Below, piece after piece: positions 19,027 to 26,708 of a stretch of DNA of 35,260 nucleotides. The first letter of the stretch is position 1, and the number at the start of each line of letters is the position of its first letter. Position numbers and translations under genes: made by a program. The DNA lies in assembly GCA_012798565.1 (NCBI GenBank), contig JAAZMX010000034.1, positions 1 to 35,260 on the forward strand, in the 5' to 3' direction. The notes under the pieces were generated by a model. The model saw nothing but the letters and a program-made list of their open reading frames with translations. It was not told the DNA's origin and did no database searches. This stretch comes from Candidatus Kuenenbacteria bacterium (GTDB lineage: Bacteria; Patescibacteriota; Patescibacteriia; UBA2196; GWA2-42-15).

Positions 19027-19593
19027 ATGAAGGAAAATCAAAAAAATAAAGAAATAGAAGAGATCAGTACTTATAACACTTTTAAAGTTTTTGAGGATAT
19101 TTATCGAGAGGAAGGAGAAAAAGAAGATTATTGGCAGATAAAAGCCCCGGCTAAAAAAAGAGGAATGGGTGCAACCAGCCGGTTTTTGATTTTTGTTTTT
19201 ATTTTGTCAGTTTTGGGACTGGGCATTTATCCGGTTTTGGCATATTTTTTGAAGACGCCATATCCTTTGGTTGTGGTGGCGGAGGATAATTTGGCACCGG
19301 TAGTGGAGAAAAATGATCTGGTTTTGGTGCGCGGGCTGGTTGACAAGACAGAAATAGAACCCAATGATTTGGTGGTTTATGCCAGTGATATGACAGATAA
19401 TTCTAATTTATTGGTACAGAAAGTGGTAGATATAAACAGAGAGAAAGGGTTACTCATGGTCAAGGGCGAAGCAGCAGAATCAGCCGGCGAAGCAGTGGAA
19501 ATGAAGCAGGTGATGGGCAAGGTGGTGGGAGACGAAAAACCTTTCAGAGTGCCTTTTATGGGACAGTTGATTGGGTATCTGGCAGGGAAGTAG
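19027..19593 (+). CDS. S26 (Sec11/SipW-type) signal-peptidase-like protein with degenerate catalytic motifs
   Basis: TM helix followed by YPLVVVAEDNLAP...DLVLV, LVQKVV, VKGE and V.GKV...VP.MG, which follow the spacing of the SGSMEP/HRV/KGD motifs. Confidence 0.7.
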   Translation: MKENQKNKEIEEISTYNTFKVFEDIYREEGEKEDYWQIKAPAKKRGMGATSRFLIFVFILSVLGLGIYPVLAYFLKTPYPLVVVAEDNLAPVVEKNDLVLVRGLVDKTEIEPNDLVVYASDMTDNSNLLVQKVVDINREKGLLMVKGEAAESAGEAVEMKQVMGKVVGDEKPFRVPFMGQLIGYLAGK

Positions 19594-19595
19594 AG

Positions 19596-19638
19596 CATGA
19601 AGTCATTAAAGCATTAAAGCATGAAATCATTAAAGCAT
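19596..19638 (+). repeat. 8-bp repeat run (5 units)
   Basis: catgaagt cattaaag cattaaag catgaaat cattaaag cat. Confidence 0.8.
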
Positions 19639-19769
19639 CCGCCTGCCGTTGGCGTCGCCTCAGGTGAATGGCGGGCAGGTTTGAACACTAGAATATTAGA
19701 TATTTAGATTAGAGGCGGATAATTAGGAATTACGATTTAGAAAAAGATTATTAAATAAGTTTTTAATAT

Positions 19770-20234
19770 ATGGGAGATAAATATGGGGTAACGCCGGGTG
19801 ATTGGGTAAATCAAGTTGAGAATGGAGGCAACTTTATGAAAGAAAGCGCGCAGGCTGAGTGGTTTGAAAAGTTTGAGGTAAAAACGACAGCAGATTGGAA
19901 AGCTTTGTTATTAACAGAGCCAGCCAAAGCCAAAGAAGCTTTACAATATGTGATTGATAACAGAGATCATTTTCTACAGTATAATGATGGTTGGGTAAGG
20001 GATAGACATAAAGAATTGGGTAAGGCTAAGTTGAAAGCGGAGTTTGGAATAGCGGATACGGGAGAATTTCAGCAGGCGCTGAAAGAAGGAAAAATAGAGG
20101 GTGCCAAAAAGTGGCTAGAAGGCGTGATTAGATGTCATGAACAGAATGATCCAATAGTTGGTCATTATGGAGCAACTTGGGACAACTGGTTACGAGATAG
20201 AGAAGAAGAGCTGGAACAGGTTGAGAATAAATAA
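19770..20234 (+). CDS. Hypothetical protein with an internal duplication
   Basis: Two roughly 55-60-aa units, each ending W(V/L)RDR..EL. Confidence 0.75.
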   Translation: MGDKYGVTPGDWVNQVENGGNFMKESAQAEWFEKFEVKTTADWKALLLTEPAKAKEALQYVIDNRDHFLQYNDGWVRDRHKELGKAKLKAEFGIADTGEFQQALKEGKIEGAKKWLEGVIRCHEQNDPIVGHYGATWDNWLRDREEELEQVENK

Positions 20235-20245
20235 TCAGGTTATTA

Positions 20246-20436
20246 AACCTATCCCGAGCCCCGCATGGGTTTGCGGGGTGAGGGATCCCGTTTAGGCTAG
20301 TACTTATTAAAATCTAAGTTAGAATAAATAAATACGGGTTCCCTCGGCTTGGAACAGCCTAGTTTATTAATTAGTAGTTAAGCAGTATTTTTTGCCTGTT
20401 GAGTAAGTGAGTGAGCGAAGTCGCTCGGGACAGGTT
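20246..20436. repeat. Nested palindromic (REP/MITE-like) element upstream of GlyRS
   Basis: AACCTATCCCGAGC (20246-59) pairs with GCTCGGGACAGGTT (20423-36, 1 mismatch). Internal stems are CCCCGCA/TGCGGGG and GAGGGATCCCGT/ACGGGTTCCCTC. Confidence 0.65.
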
Positions 20437-20454
20437 GCTGCAATAGCATTATTT

Positions 20455-21849
20455 ATGCAAGAAAAAGAATTAACTAAGATGGATAAATTGATTTCCCTTG
20501 CTAAGAGGCGGGGTTTTGTTTTTCAATCCTCGGAGATTTATGGTGGTTTTGGCAGTTGTTATGATTACGGACCTCTGGGCGTGGAATTGATTAACAATAT
20601 AAAGAAAGCCTGGTGGCAGGCGATGGTGCAAAAAAGGGATGATGTGGTCGGTTTGGATAGCGCGATCATCATGCATCCGAAAGTGTGGGAAGCATCGGGC
20701 CACGTGGAAAGCTTTGCTGATCCTTTGGTGGATTGCAAGAAATGTAAGAAGAGGTTCCGGGCGGATCATTTACTCGAAGCCGTTAGTATGAAACCGGATC
20801 TAGAAGCGCACAAAGAGCCGCCCAAAAGTATCAAAGATATTGTCTGTCCCGAATGCGGTGGGGAATTGACCGAGCCGAGAAATTTTAATTTGTTAATGAA
20901 AACATTTATTGGCGCGGTGGAAGACGCGACCTCGTTGGCATATTTACGAGGCGAGACCTGTCAGGGTATTTATGTAAATTTCAAGAATATCCTGGACAGT
21001 TCCAGACAAAAATTACCTTTTGGCATTGCCCAAATCGGTAAGGCCTTTCGGAATGAAATCACGCCGGGGAATTATATTTTCCGCACGCGTGAATTTGAGC
21101 AGATGGAGATGCAGTTTTTCGTGAATCCCAAAGAGGCGGATAAATGGTATGACTATTGGAAAGAGCAGAGGATGAAATGGTACAAAGATTTGGGTATGAA
21201 AGATGAATTTATCCGTTGGCGGCGGCACAGCAAGGAAGAATTGGCGCATTATGCCAAAGCGGCCTGGGATATTGAATTTGATTCGCCCTTTGGCGGCTGG
21301 AAAGAATTGGCTGGGGTGCACAATCGGAGTGACTGGGATTTGAGCCGGCACTCGCAGTATTCGGGAGTGGATTTGAGTTATATTGATCCAGTGACTAATG
21401 AAAAGTATGTGCCTTATATTGTAGAAACATCAGACGGAGCGGGTCGGGCGATGTTGGCGTTTCTCTTGAATGGCTATGAAGAAGTAGAGACGCGTTCGGG
21501 TGATGAGGAAGCCAAGCACGAAAAAGAAGTCGTTTTGCATTTGCATAAAAGTTTGGCGCCGATCAAGGTGGCGGTTTTGCCGTTGAGTAAAAAAGAAGAA
21601 TTACAAAGAGTGGCGCATGAGATTAAAGATAATTTGGCGGAAAATTGGATGACGCAGTATGATGAGACTGGCTCGATTGGCAAACGTTATCGGAGGCAAG
21701 ATGAAATTGGCACGCCATATTGCGTGACCGTTGATTTTGAAACCGCCAATGATAAAAAGGTGACGGTGAGAGATATTCTGACGATGGGACAGGAACGGAT
21801 TGCTATTGGTGAATTAAAAGATTATCTGCGAGAGAAGCTGGAGAAGTAG
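20455..21849 (+). CDS. glyQS: Glycine--tRNA ligase (alpha2 homodimeric type)
   Basis: KRRGF, YDYGPLG, YLRGETCQG, GKAFRNEITP, FRTREFEQMEM and SIGKRYRRQDEIGTP. Start placed at the ATG at 20455. Confidence 0.97.
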   Translation: MQEKELTKMDKLISLAKRRGFVFQSSEIYGGFGSCYDYGPLGVELINNIKKAWWQAMVQKRDDVVGLDSAIIMHPKVWEASGHVESFADPLVDCKKCKKRFRADHLLEAVSMKPDLEAHKEPPKSIKDIVCPECGGELTEPRNFNLLMKTFIGAVEDATSLAYLRGETCQGIYVNFKNILDSSRQKLPFGIAQIGKAFRNEITPGNYIFRTREFEQMEMQFFVNPKEADKWYDYWKEQRMKWYKDLGMKDEFIRWRRHSKEELAHYAKAAWDIEFDSPFGGWKELAGVHNRSDWDLSRHSQYSGVDLSYIDPVTNEKYVPYIVETSDGAGRAMLAFLLNGYEEVETRSGDEEAKHEKEVVLHLHKSLAPIKVAVLPLSKKEELQRVAHEIKDNLAENWMTQYDETGSIGKRYRRQDEIGTPYCVTVDFETANDKKVTVRDILTMGQERIAIGELKDYLREKLEK

Positions 21850-21925
21850 CTAGTAACTTGTAACTAGTAAAAGGAAAAAATTATTAAATTGCTTCCGCCG
21901 GCTGGCGGATTGTTTTATTGTTGCT

Positions 21926-21980
21926 GGACGTGGCGCGTGAGCGTCCCCTCCTCAGTCGAGGAGGGGGTAGGGGGTGGTGC
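21926..21980. repeat. GC-rich palindromic repeat (CCCCTCCTC-N4-GAGGAGGGG family), intergenic copy
   Basis: The stem at 21945-21966 is identical to the one inside mnmA at 27127-27147. Confidence 0.75.
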
Positions 21981-22020
21981 TGATTAATAAATATTTGGTT
22001 CAATCTGCAGGATTGAACCA

Positions 22021-23091
22021 ATGAAGATGATTTATATGAGTATTGAAACATCAGAGTTTCATCCAGGTTTCCCGCCCATGAAAGATGTACGGGAGATTGA
22101 GCCAATCGCAGAGAGCGGCCGGCAGGAAAATCAACCTGTTTATGATAGAAATACTATTAAATCTCCTGATGAGAGAAGGAGAGAGATTGATGATACGGTG
22201 AAGGAGTGTATAGATAAGTCATTTAGCAGACCAGAGGTTGAAAGATATGTAGGGGAGTTCGACCAAGTATATAAAACTATTAGAATTATGCAGGGGGAAG
22301 CGATTAAATTTGACTCCACTGATCCTGATGAGAGGATATTGGCAGCAGTAGAACAGGGAGATTTAAATAATTTGAATGCTTTGCTATCAGAAGGCCGACC
22401 GGAAGATTTACGAGAAGCAGATTTTATTATGGGTAATTTGCTCCATGGGCAGGCTTATCGCAATATAAGTAGACGTATTTATGATAAATTTGGAGATGGT
22501 TCTTACGCCGTTGTCTTCGCCTCTGACATATTAGAGAAAACAAGAAAAATGGGTGAAATTCTTCGATCTAGTGAGAACGGTAGGACTGCAAAGATCTTTG
22601 CTTTGTATGAGCAAGTAGAATCTGATATTGGACAGATAGAAAAAACCCTTGGTTCACAGACAGATCAGCGAGAAAAGGGACAGGGAAGCACTGGAGGGCA
22701 AAGAACACCGATCTCAAATCAAGAGCAGGCGGTCGGTGGGCTAACTGAGGAAGAAATCAAGGCGGGACGGGAAAAGATTGAGAGGTTGATGTCTACTGTT
22801 ACAAATGAAAAAGGGGAACAGAAAGAAGAAGATCCAAATCAATTAAAGTTTAATCATTATTTGGGTTTTTTTGAAGAACGAGTTGGCTTGATTCCGGGGT
22901 TTGGAAATTTAGCGCAAGCCTTTGGTAGCTTGTATGGTCGTGGGGCAAAGACTACACCGGAACAGTGGGAAAGGGCAGCTAATCAAATTGCTGAATTATA
23001 CTCAAGATACAGCCAGGACAAAAGATTGAGAAGCGTAAAGAATCAGGAATGGCTAAAAAGGTTGGAAGAATTAAGTAAAAAGACTTTTTGA
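22021..23091 (+). CDS. Hypothetical protein (charged, helical)
   Basis: 356-aa ORF co-oriented with its neighbours. No motif recognised, and the start may be at 22036. Confidence 0.75.
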   Translation: MKMIYMSIETSEFHPGFPPMKDVREIEPIAESGRQENQPVYDRNTIKSPDERRREIDDTVKECIDKSFSRPEVERYVGEFDQVYKTIRIMQGEAIKFDSTDPDERILAAVEQGDLNNLNALLSEGRPEDLREADFIMGNLLHGQAYRNISRRIYDKFGDGSYAVVFASDILEKTRKMGEILRSSENGRTAKIFALYEQVESDIGQIEKTLGSQTDQREKGQGSTGGQRTPISNQEQAVGGLTEEEIKAGREKIERLMSTVTNEKGEQKEEDPNQLKFNHYLGFFEERVGLIPGFGNLAQAFGSLYGRGAKTTPEQWERAANQIAELYSRYSQDKRLRSVKNQEWLKRLEELSKKTF

Positions 23092-23272
23092 TTTCTTAAG
23101 GTGGATTTAAGGGGCACGTTATCAGAGTCCATTTTTGGGAGATTCCGACGGGGTGAAATAATCATGTGTCAAATATTTGTCTATATAATCAGGATTCGCG
23201 CCGGAGAAAGAAATCTGGCGCGGTTTGATTTTGGGCGATGCAATAAATAGAGTATAATAAATAAGTATTTCT

Positions 23273-23377
23273 TCTGTCATTTTCGAGTTTGACTCGAGGA
23301 TCCACGCCTCATTATTTTTGCTAGCTTATTTCTCTTTATTTTTTTGTTTGGATTCCCGCTTCCGCGGGAATGACAGA
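23273..23377. repeat. Inverted pair of REP-like units (GTCATTCCCGCG..GCGGGAATCCA family)
   Basis: TCTGTCATTTTCGAGTTTGACTCGAGGATCCA ... TGGATTCCCGCTTCCGCGGGAATGACAGA. The outer ends are complementary. Confidence 0.75.
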
Positions 23378-23423
23378 GAAGGGAAAAGAGAGAGATAAAA
23401 TTAAAATTTAGAATTATTGAATT

Positions 23424-24692
23424 ATGTATAAATTGACCCAACTGAAAAACGGAATCAAAGTCATTACTCACAACATGCCCGCGGCGCATGGGGTGACGAC
23501 GAGTATTTTTTGGGGTGTAGGTTCGCGCTATGAAAATCAAAAGGTAGCTGGGGTGTCACATTTTTTGGAGCATATGTTTTTTAAGGGAACCAAGGATAGG
23601 CCGCGGCCGGAGGATATTGCCAGAAGCATTGAAGGCGTAGGCGGTTATTTGAATGCGTTTACCAATCAAGGCCATACTGTTTACTACAATCGCATACCAA
23701 AAGAACATAGTGGCCGGGCCTTGGAAGTACTCGCCGATATGATGAATAATTCTTTATTTGACGCGGCGGCGATGGAACGTGAGCGTGGTGTTATCCTGGA
23801 GGAATTGAACATGTATTTAGATACGCCAGTGCGTTATATTTATGACTTGATGATGAATTTATTATTTAGCGACAGTACGTTGGGCCGACATATTCTTGGC
23901 ACCAGGGAAAGTTTGCAGCAGATGCGGCGCGCTGATTTGCTAAATTATATCAAGCGATATTATCAACCGCAAAGAATGGTGGTGAGCATCGCCGGCCGAG
24001 TGGATCATAATCGGGCAGTCAAACAGGTGGAGAAATATTTTGGCCAGTGGCGGCGAGTAGGACAGCCAAAATTTAAAAAGGTGGTCGGCGGTCAGAAGGG
24101 ACCGAAGATTTTGATTCACCATAAAAAAACAGATCAAGTGCATTTAGCTTTGGCGGTTCGGGCTTTGCCATACAATCATAAACAAATACCAGTTTTGACT
24201 CTACTCGATACAATACTTGGCGGGGGCATGAGTTCCAGATTATTTTTGAATATCCGGGAAAAGCTGGGTTTATGTTATTACATCAATTCTAACGCTGAGC
24301 AATTCGAGGATACGGGCTTATTTGCAGTGACGGCTGGTTTGAATACGGAAAAAATAGAATTGGCAATAAGATCAATTTGGTCGGAACTCCAGGAGACAGT
24401 TAACCATCAAGTCAAAGCAACAGAACTGGCCGAAGCTAAAGAATATTTGCGCGGCGGCGTCAGCCTGGAGAGCGATAACACGGATACGATGGCGATTTGG
24501 TATGGGACACAGGCGATGTTTGGCCGAGAGGTAAAGACACCAGAGCAGAAAATACGGGAATTGTTGGGGGTGAAGGAAAGTGATATAATGAAATTAGCCA
24601 AACAGCTGTTGGCCAGAGAACGATTGAACTTGGCGCTGATCGGTCCGTTTGAGGAAAAGCAAAAAAATAATTTTTTAAAAATTTTAAAATAA
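23424..24692 (+). CDS. M16 (pitrilysin/insulinase) family zinc peptidase
   Basis: Inverted zinc motif HFLEHMFFKGT, NAFT, ERGVILEE and GGGMSSRLF..IREK.GL.Y. Confidence 0.95.
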   Translation: MYKLTQLKNGIKVITHNMPAAHGVTTSIFWGVGSRYENQKVAGVSHFLEHMFFKGTKDRPRPEDIARSIEGVGGYLNAFTNQGHTVYYNRIPKEHSGRALEVLADMMNNSLFDAAAMERERGVILEELNMYLDTPVRYIYDLMMNLLFSDSTLGRHILGTRESLQQMRRADLLNYIKRYYQPQRMVVSIAGRVDHNRAVKQVEKYFGQWRRVGQPKFKKVVGGQKGPKILIHHKKTDQVHLALAVRALPYNHKQIPVLTLLDTILGGGMSSRLFLNIREKLGLCYYINSNAEQFEDTGLFAVTAGLNTEKIELAIRSIWSELQETVNHQVKATELAEAKEYLRGGVSLESDNTDTMAIWYGTQAMFGREVKTPEQKIRELLGVKESDIMKLAKQLLARERLNLALIGPFEEKQKNNFLKILK

Positions 24693-24698
24693 AAACAT

Positions 24699-25754
24699 AT
24701 GCTTAGCAAAAGCAACGCCAGCGCGGCAGCGATTTCCTACAAATCAATCATGCGGGTGGTTTGGGTTTTATTTTTATTGTTTTTTGTTTATCTGATCAGG
24801 GACATACTGGCGCTATTGTTCGTGTCGGTAATTTTTGCGGCGGCGATTGACCCTTGGGTTGATTGGCTGCAAAAATATAAGGTGCCGAGAGCGGTTTCTA
24901 TTTTGGTGATTTACGTGGTGTTGTTGGCGATGTTCAGTTTGATTGTGGTGATGCTCGTACCGGCAATGACCGAACAGATATTACAGATGATCAATAACAT
25001 CCCTGATTATTACGAAAAAATATCAGTGGGTATCCATACTTTGCAGCAGAATAGTAACGAGGGATTGACAACAGTCAGCAGTGATTCGGTGGTGACAACT
25101 TTGCAGACTTTGAGTTCCACCTTGGCGCAGGCGACCAAAAGTATCTTTGTGACAGTGGCCAGTATTTTCGGCGGCATTTTGTCGTTGTTCGTGGTTTTGG
25201 TGATGACTTTTTATATCACCGTGGAAGAAAGCGGGCTGAAGAGATTTCTAAAACATTTGGTACCGCCCAAACATCGGGAGTATATAATGGATTTGGTGGG
25301 CAGAATGGAAATGAAAGTGGGTTTGTGGCTCCGCGGACAATTGCTTTTGTGTTTTATCGTGGGAGTGATGGTTTATTTTGGTTTGTTGTTTCTGGGGGTG
25401 GAGTATGCTTTGCTCTTGGCTTTGGTAGCCGGTATTTTGGAAATTATTCCTTATTTCGGTCCATGGCTGTCGGGCTTGATCGCGGTTCTGGTGGTGTCGT
25501 CCGATTCCTGGACCAAGATTATTTTCGTGGCGGCCTGGTACTTTATCGTACAGCAATTGGAAAATCAGATTATCGTGCCCAAGTTGATGCAGAAAGTCGT
25601 GGGACTAAATCCGATTATTGTGATTATGGTGATTTTGATCGGCGCGAGGATCGGCGGTATTGTGGGCGGGCTTTTGGGCGTGCCGGTAGCGGCGGCTATC
25701 GCGGTGTATTTTGAGGATATGTTGAAGGAAAAACAAAAAGCGGAGAAAAGTTGA
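24699..25754 (+). CDS. AI-2E family transporter
   Basis: Multi-TM protein with WLRGQ, EIIPYFGP, QQLENQIIVPK and G..G..GGLLGVP. Confidence 0.93.
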   Translation: MLSKSNASAAAISYKSIMRVVWVLFLLFFVYLIRDILALLFVSVIFAAAIDPWVDWLQKYKVPRAVSILVIYVVLLAMFSLIVVMLVPAMTEQILQMINNIPDYYEKISVGIHTLQQNSNEGLTTVSSDSVVTTLQTLSSTLAQATKSIFVTVASIFGGILSLFVVLVMTFYITVEESGLKRFLKHLVPPKHREYIMDLVGRMEMKVGLWLRGQLLLCFIVGVMVYFGLLFLGVEYALLLALVAGILEIIPYFGPWLSGLIAVLVVSSDSWTKIIFVAAWYFIVQQLENQIIVPKLMQKVVGLNPIIVIMVILIGARIGGIVGGLLGVPVAAAIAVYFEDMLKEKQKAEKS

Positions 25755-25767
25755 TATAGTAATTAAA

Positions 25768-25797
25768 TTGACAGAAGAGATAAAGGTAGTATATAAT
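25768..25797 (+). promoter_or_regulatory. Consensus sigma70 promoter of the Asn leader/tRNA-Asn unit
   Basis: TTGACA (25768-73), 18-nt spacer, TATAAT (25792-97). The leader ATG follows 9 nt later. Confidence 0.85.
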
Positions 25798-25806
25798 AAC
25801 CACATT

Positions 25807-25866
25807 ATGCAAAGATTAACCAACAATTTCAATAATAACAATAATAACCGCTGGCGGGTTGGTTAG
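25807..25866 (+). CDS. Asn-rich attenuator leader peptide MQRLTNNFNNNNNNRWRVG
   Basis: ATG CAA AGA TTA ACC AAC AAT TTC AAT AAT AAC AAT AAT AAC CGC TGG CGG GTT GGT TAG: 8 Asn codons within 9 positions, overlapping the antiterminator arm. Confidence 0.85.
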   Translation: MQRLTNNFNNNNNNRWRVG

Positions 25867-25915
25867 TTTTGAAATAGAAAGACTGACGAACCCGCCCAAA
25901 GAGAGGCGGGTTTTT
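25817..25915 (+). promoter_or_regulatory. Ribosome-mediated transcription attenuator (protector / antiterminator / terminator)
   Basis: 1:2 is TAACCAAC (25817-24) with GTTGGTTA (25858-65). 2:3 is GGCGGGTTGGTTAGTTTT (25853-70) with AAGACTGACGAACCCGCC (25879-96). 3:4 is AACCCGCC (25889-96) with GGCGGGTT (25905-12), plus a U-tract. Confidence 0.85.
25889..25915 (+). terminator. Conditional intrinsic terminator of the attenuator
   Basis: AACCCGCC-CAAAGAGA-GGCGGGTTTTT. Confidence 0.85.
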
Positions 25916-25931
25916 AAATCCCTAGTCGTGC

Positions 25932-26003
25932 TCCTCTGTAGTTCAAAGGTAGAACGCTACGCTGTTAACGTAGATGTTGTAGGTTCGAGTCCTACCGGAG
26001 GAG
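25932..26003 (+). tRNA. tRNA-Asn (GTT), CCA not encoded
   Basis: Acceptor TCCTCTG/CGGAGGA, D-arm GTTC-AAAGGTA-GAAC, anticodon arm CTACG-CTGTTAA-CGTAG, T-arm GTAGG-TTCGAGT-CCTAC, discriminator G. Confidence 0.96.
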
Positions 26004-26059
26004 CAGGACGAGGGATTTTTGATAATGGTTATTTGTGAAAATAGTTTATTTGGGATAAG

Positions 26060-26650
26060 ATGAAATTAAAGGATATTAAGCTATTTATTATGGAGTTTAA
26101 AAAATTGGAATTAAATAATTTGGAAGATATTCTTGAGATGGAAGAAAAAATGTATTGGCAGGGTAAAGAATGGCAGAAGCTTTGGCAAAAAGAGGCTAGG
26201 GATAAATTTAAGGAATTGATAAAAGATTATTTAATTAATTATCCCAATGGGTGCTGGGGGTTATTTAATACCACCGGGGAACTATTGGCAGTAGTAATTT
26301 TTACTAGGCTGAATAAGGTTAAGGCAATTCCTTATTTTCACAGGTTTAGTAATTATTTTGAGACGGCTGGTAAAATTATTTATGTACAAGTGTTTGCTGT
26401 AAAAAACAGTGAAAGTGAAGATAATTTAGCGGAGAAGATTTATGAGCAACTAGAGAGGGTGGCCAAGCATATTGGTGGACAAAAAGTAGCAGTATTAATT
26501 TATTCATCATTTTTGGAAGAAAAGATACTAAATAAGTTGGGTTATAAAATTGAGTACAATAATTTACAGTGGGAGATATATCCAGATAAGTTTGTGAATT
26601 GTAAAATATATACACGAACAGTAGATCAACGAGAAAACAATATTCATTGA
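26060..26650 (+). CDS. GNAT-fold-like protein (possible start at 26090)
   Basis: F..L...LEDILEME, G...YVQVFAV..., L....K..G...VAV and KLGY follow GNAT topology. The canonical R/QxxGxG/A loop is not present. The gene is AT-rich. Confidence 0.6.
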   Translation: MKLKDIKLFIMEFKKLELNNLEDILEMEEKMYWQGKEWQKLWQKEARDKFKELIKDYLINYPNGCWGLFNTTGELLAVVIFTRLNKVKAIPYFHRFSNYFETAGKIIYVQVFAVKNSESEDNLAEKIYEQLERVAKHIGGQKVAVLIYSSFLEEKILNKLGYKIEYNNLQWEIYPDKFVNCKIYTRTVDQRENNIH

Positions 26651-26708
26651 TTGATATTTTAAAAACGGGATCTTCTATCGCAATCTCCTCAAGATAAAAT
26701 TATTTTTT

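Noticed and set aside
20235-20454. T-box or glycine riboswitch upstream of GlyRS (likewise a T-box before alaS)
   Set aside because: No T-box GGTGGNACCGCG consensus, specifier stem or glycine aptamer is recognisable. alaS appears leaderless.
25822-25848. AAT/AAC run as a neutral microsatellite
   Set aside because: It mixes synonymous Asn codons in frame between an ATG and a stop, overlaps attenuator arms and precedes tRNA-Asn, so it is better explained as control codons.
24699-26650. UGA recoding (genetic code 25)
   Set aside because: Conserved genes translate full length in code 11, and TGA ends genes at natural positions (e.g. the AI-2E transporter at 25754).
25990-26700. Genomic island integrated at tRNA-Asn
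   Set aside because: No integrase and no duplicated tRNA 3' end were seen downstream. The only hint is the AT-richness of one gene.
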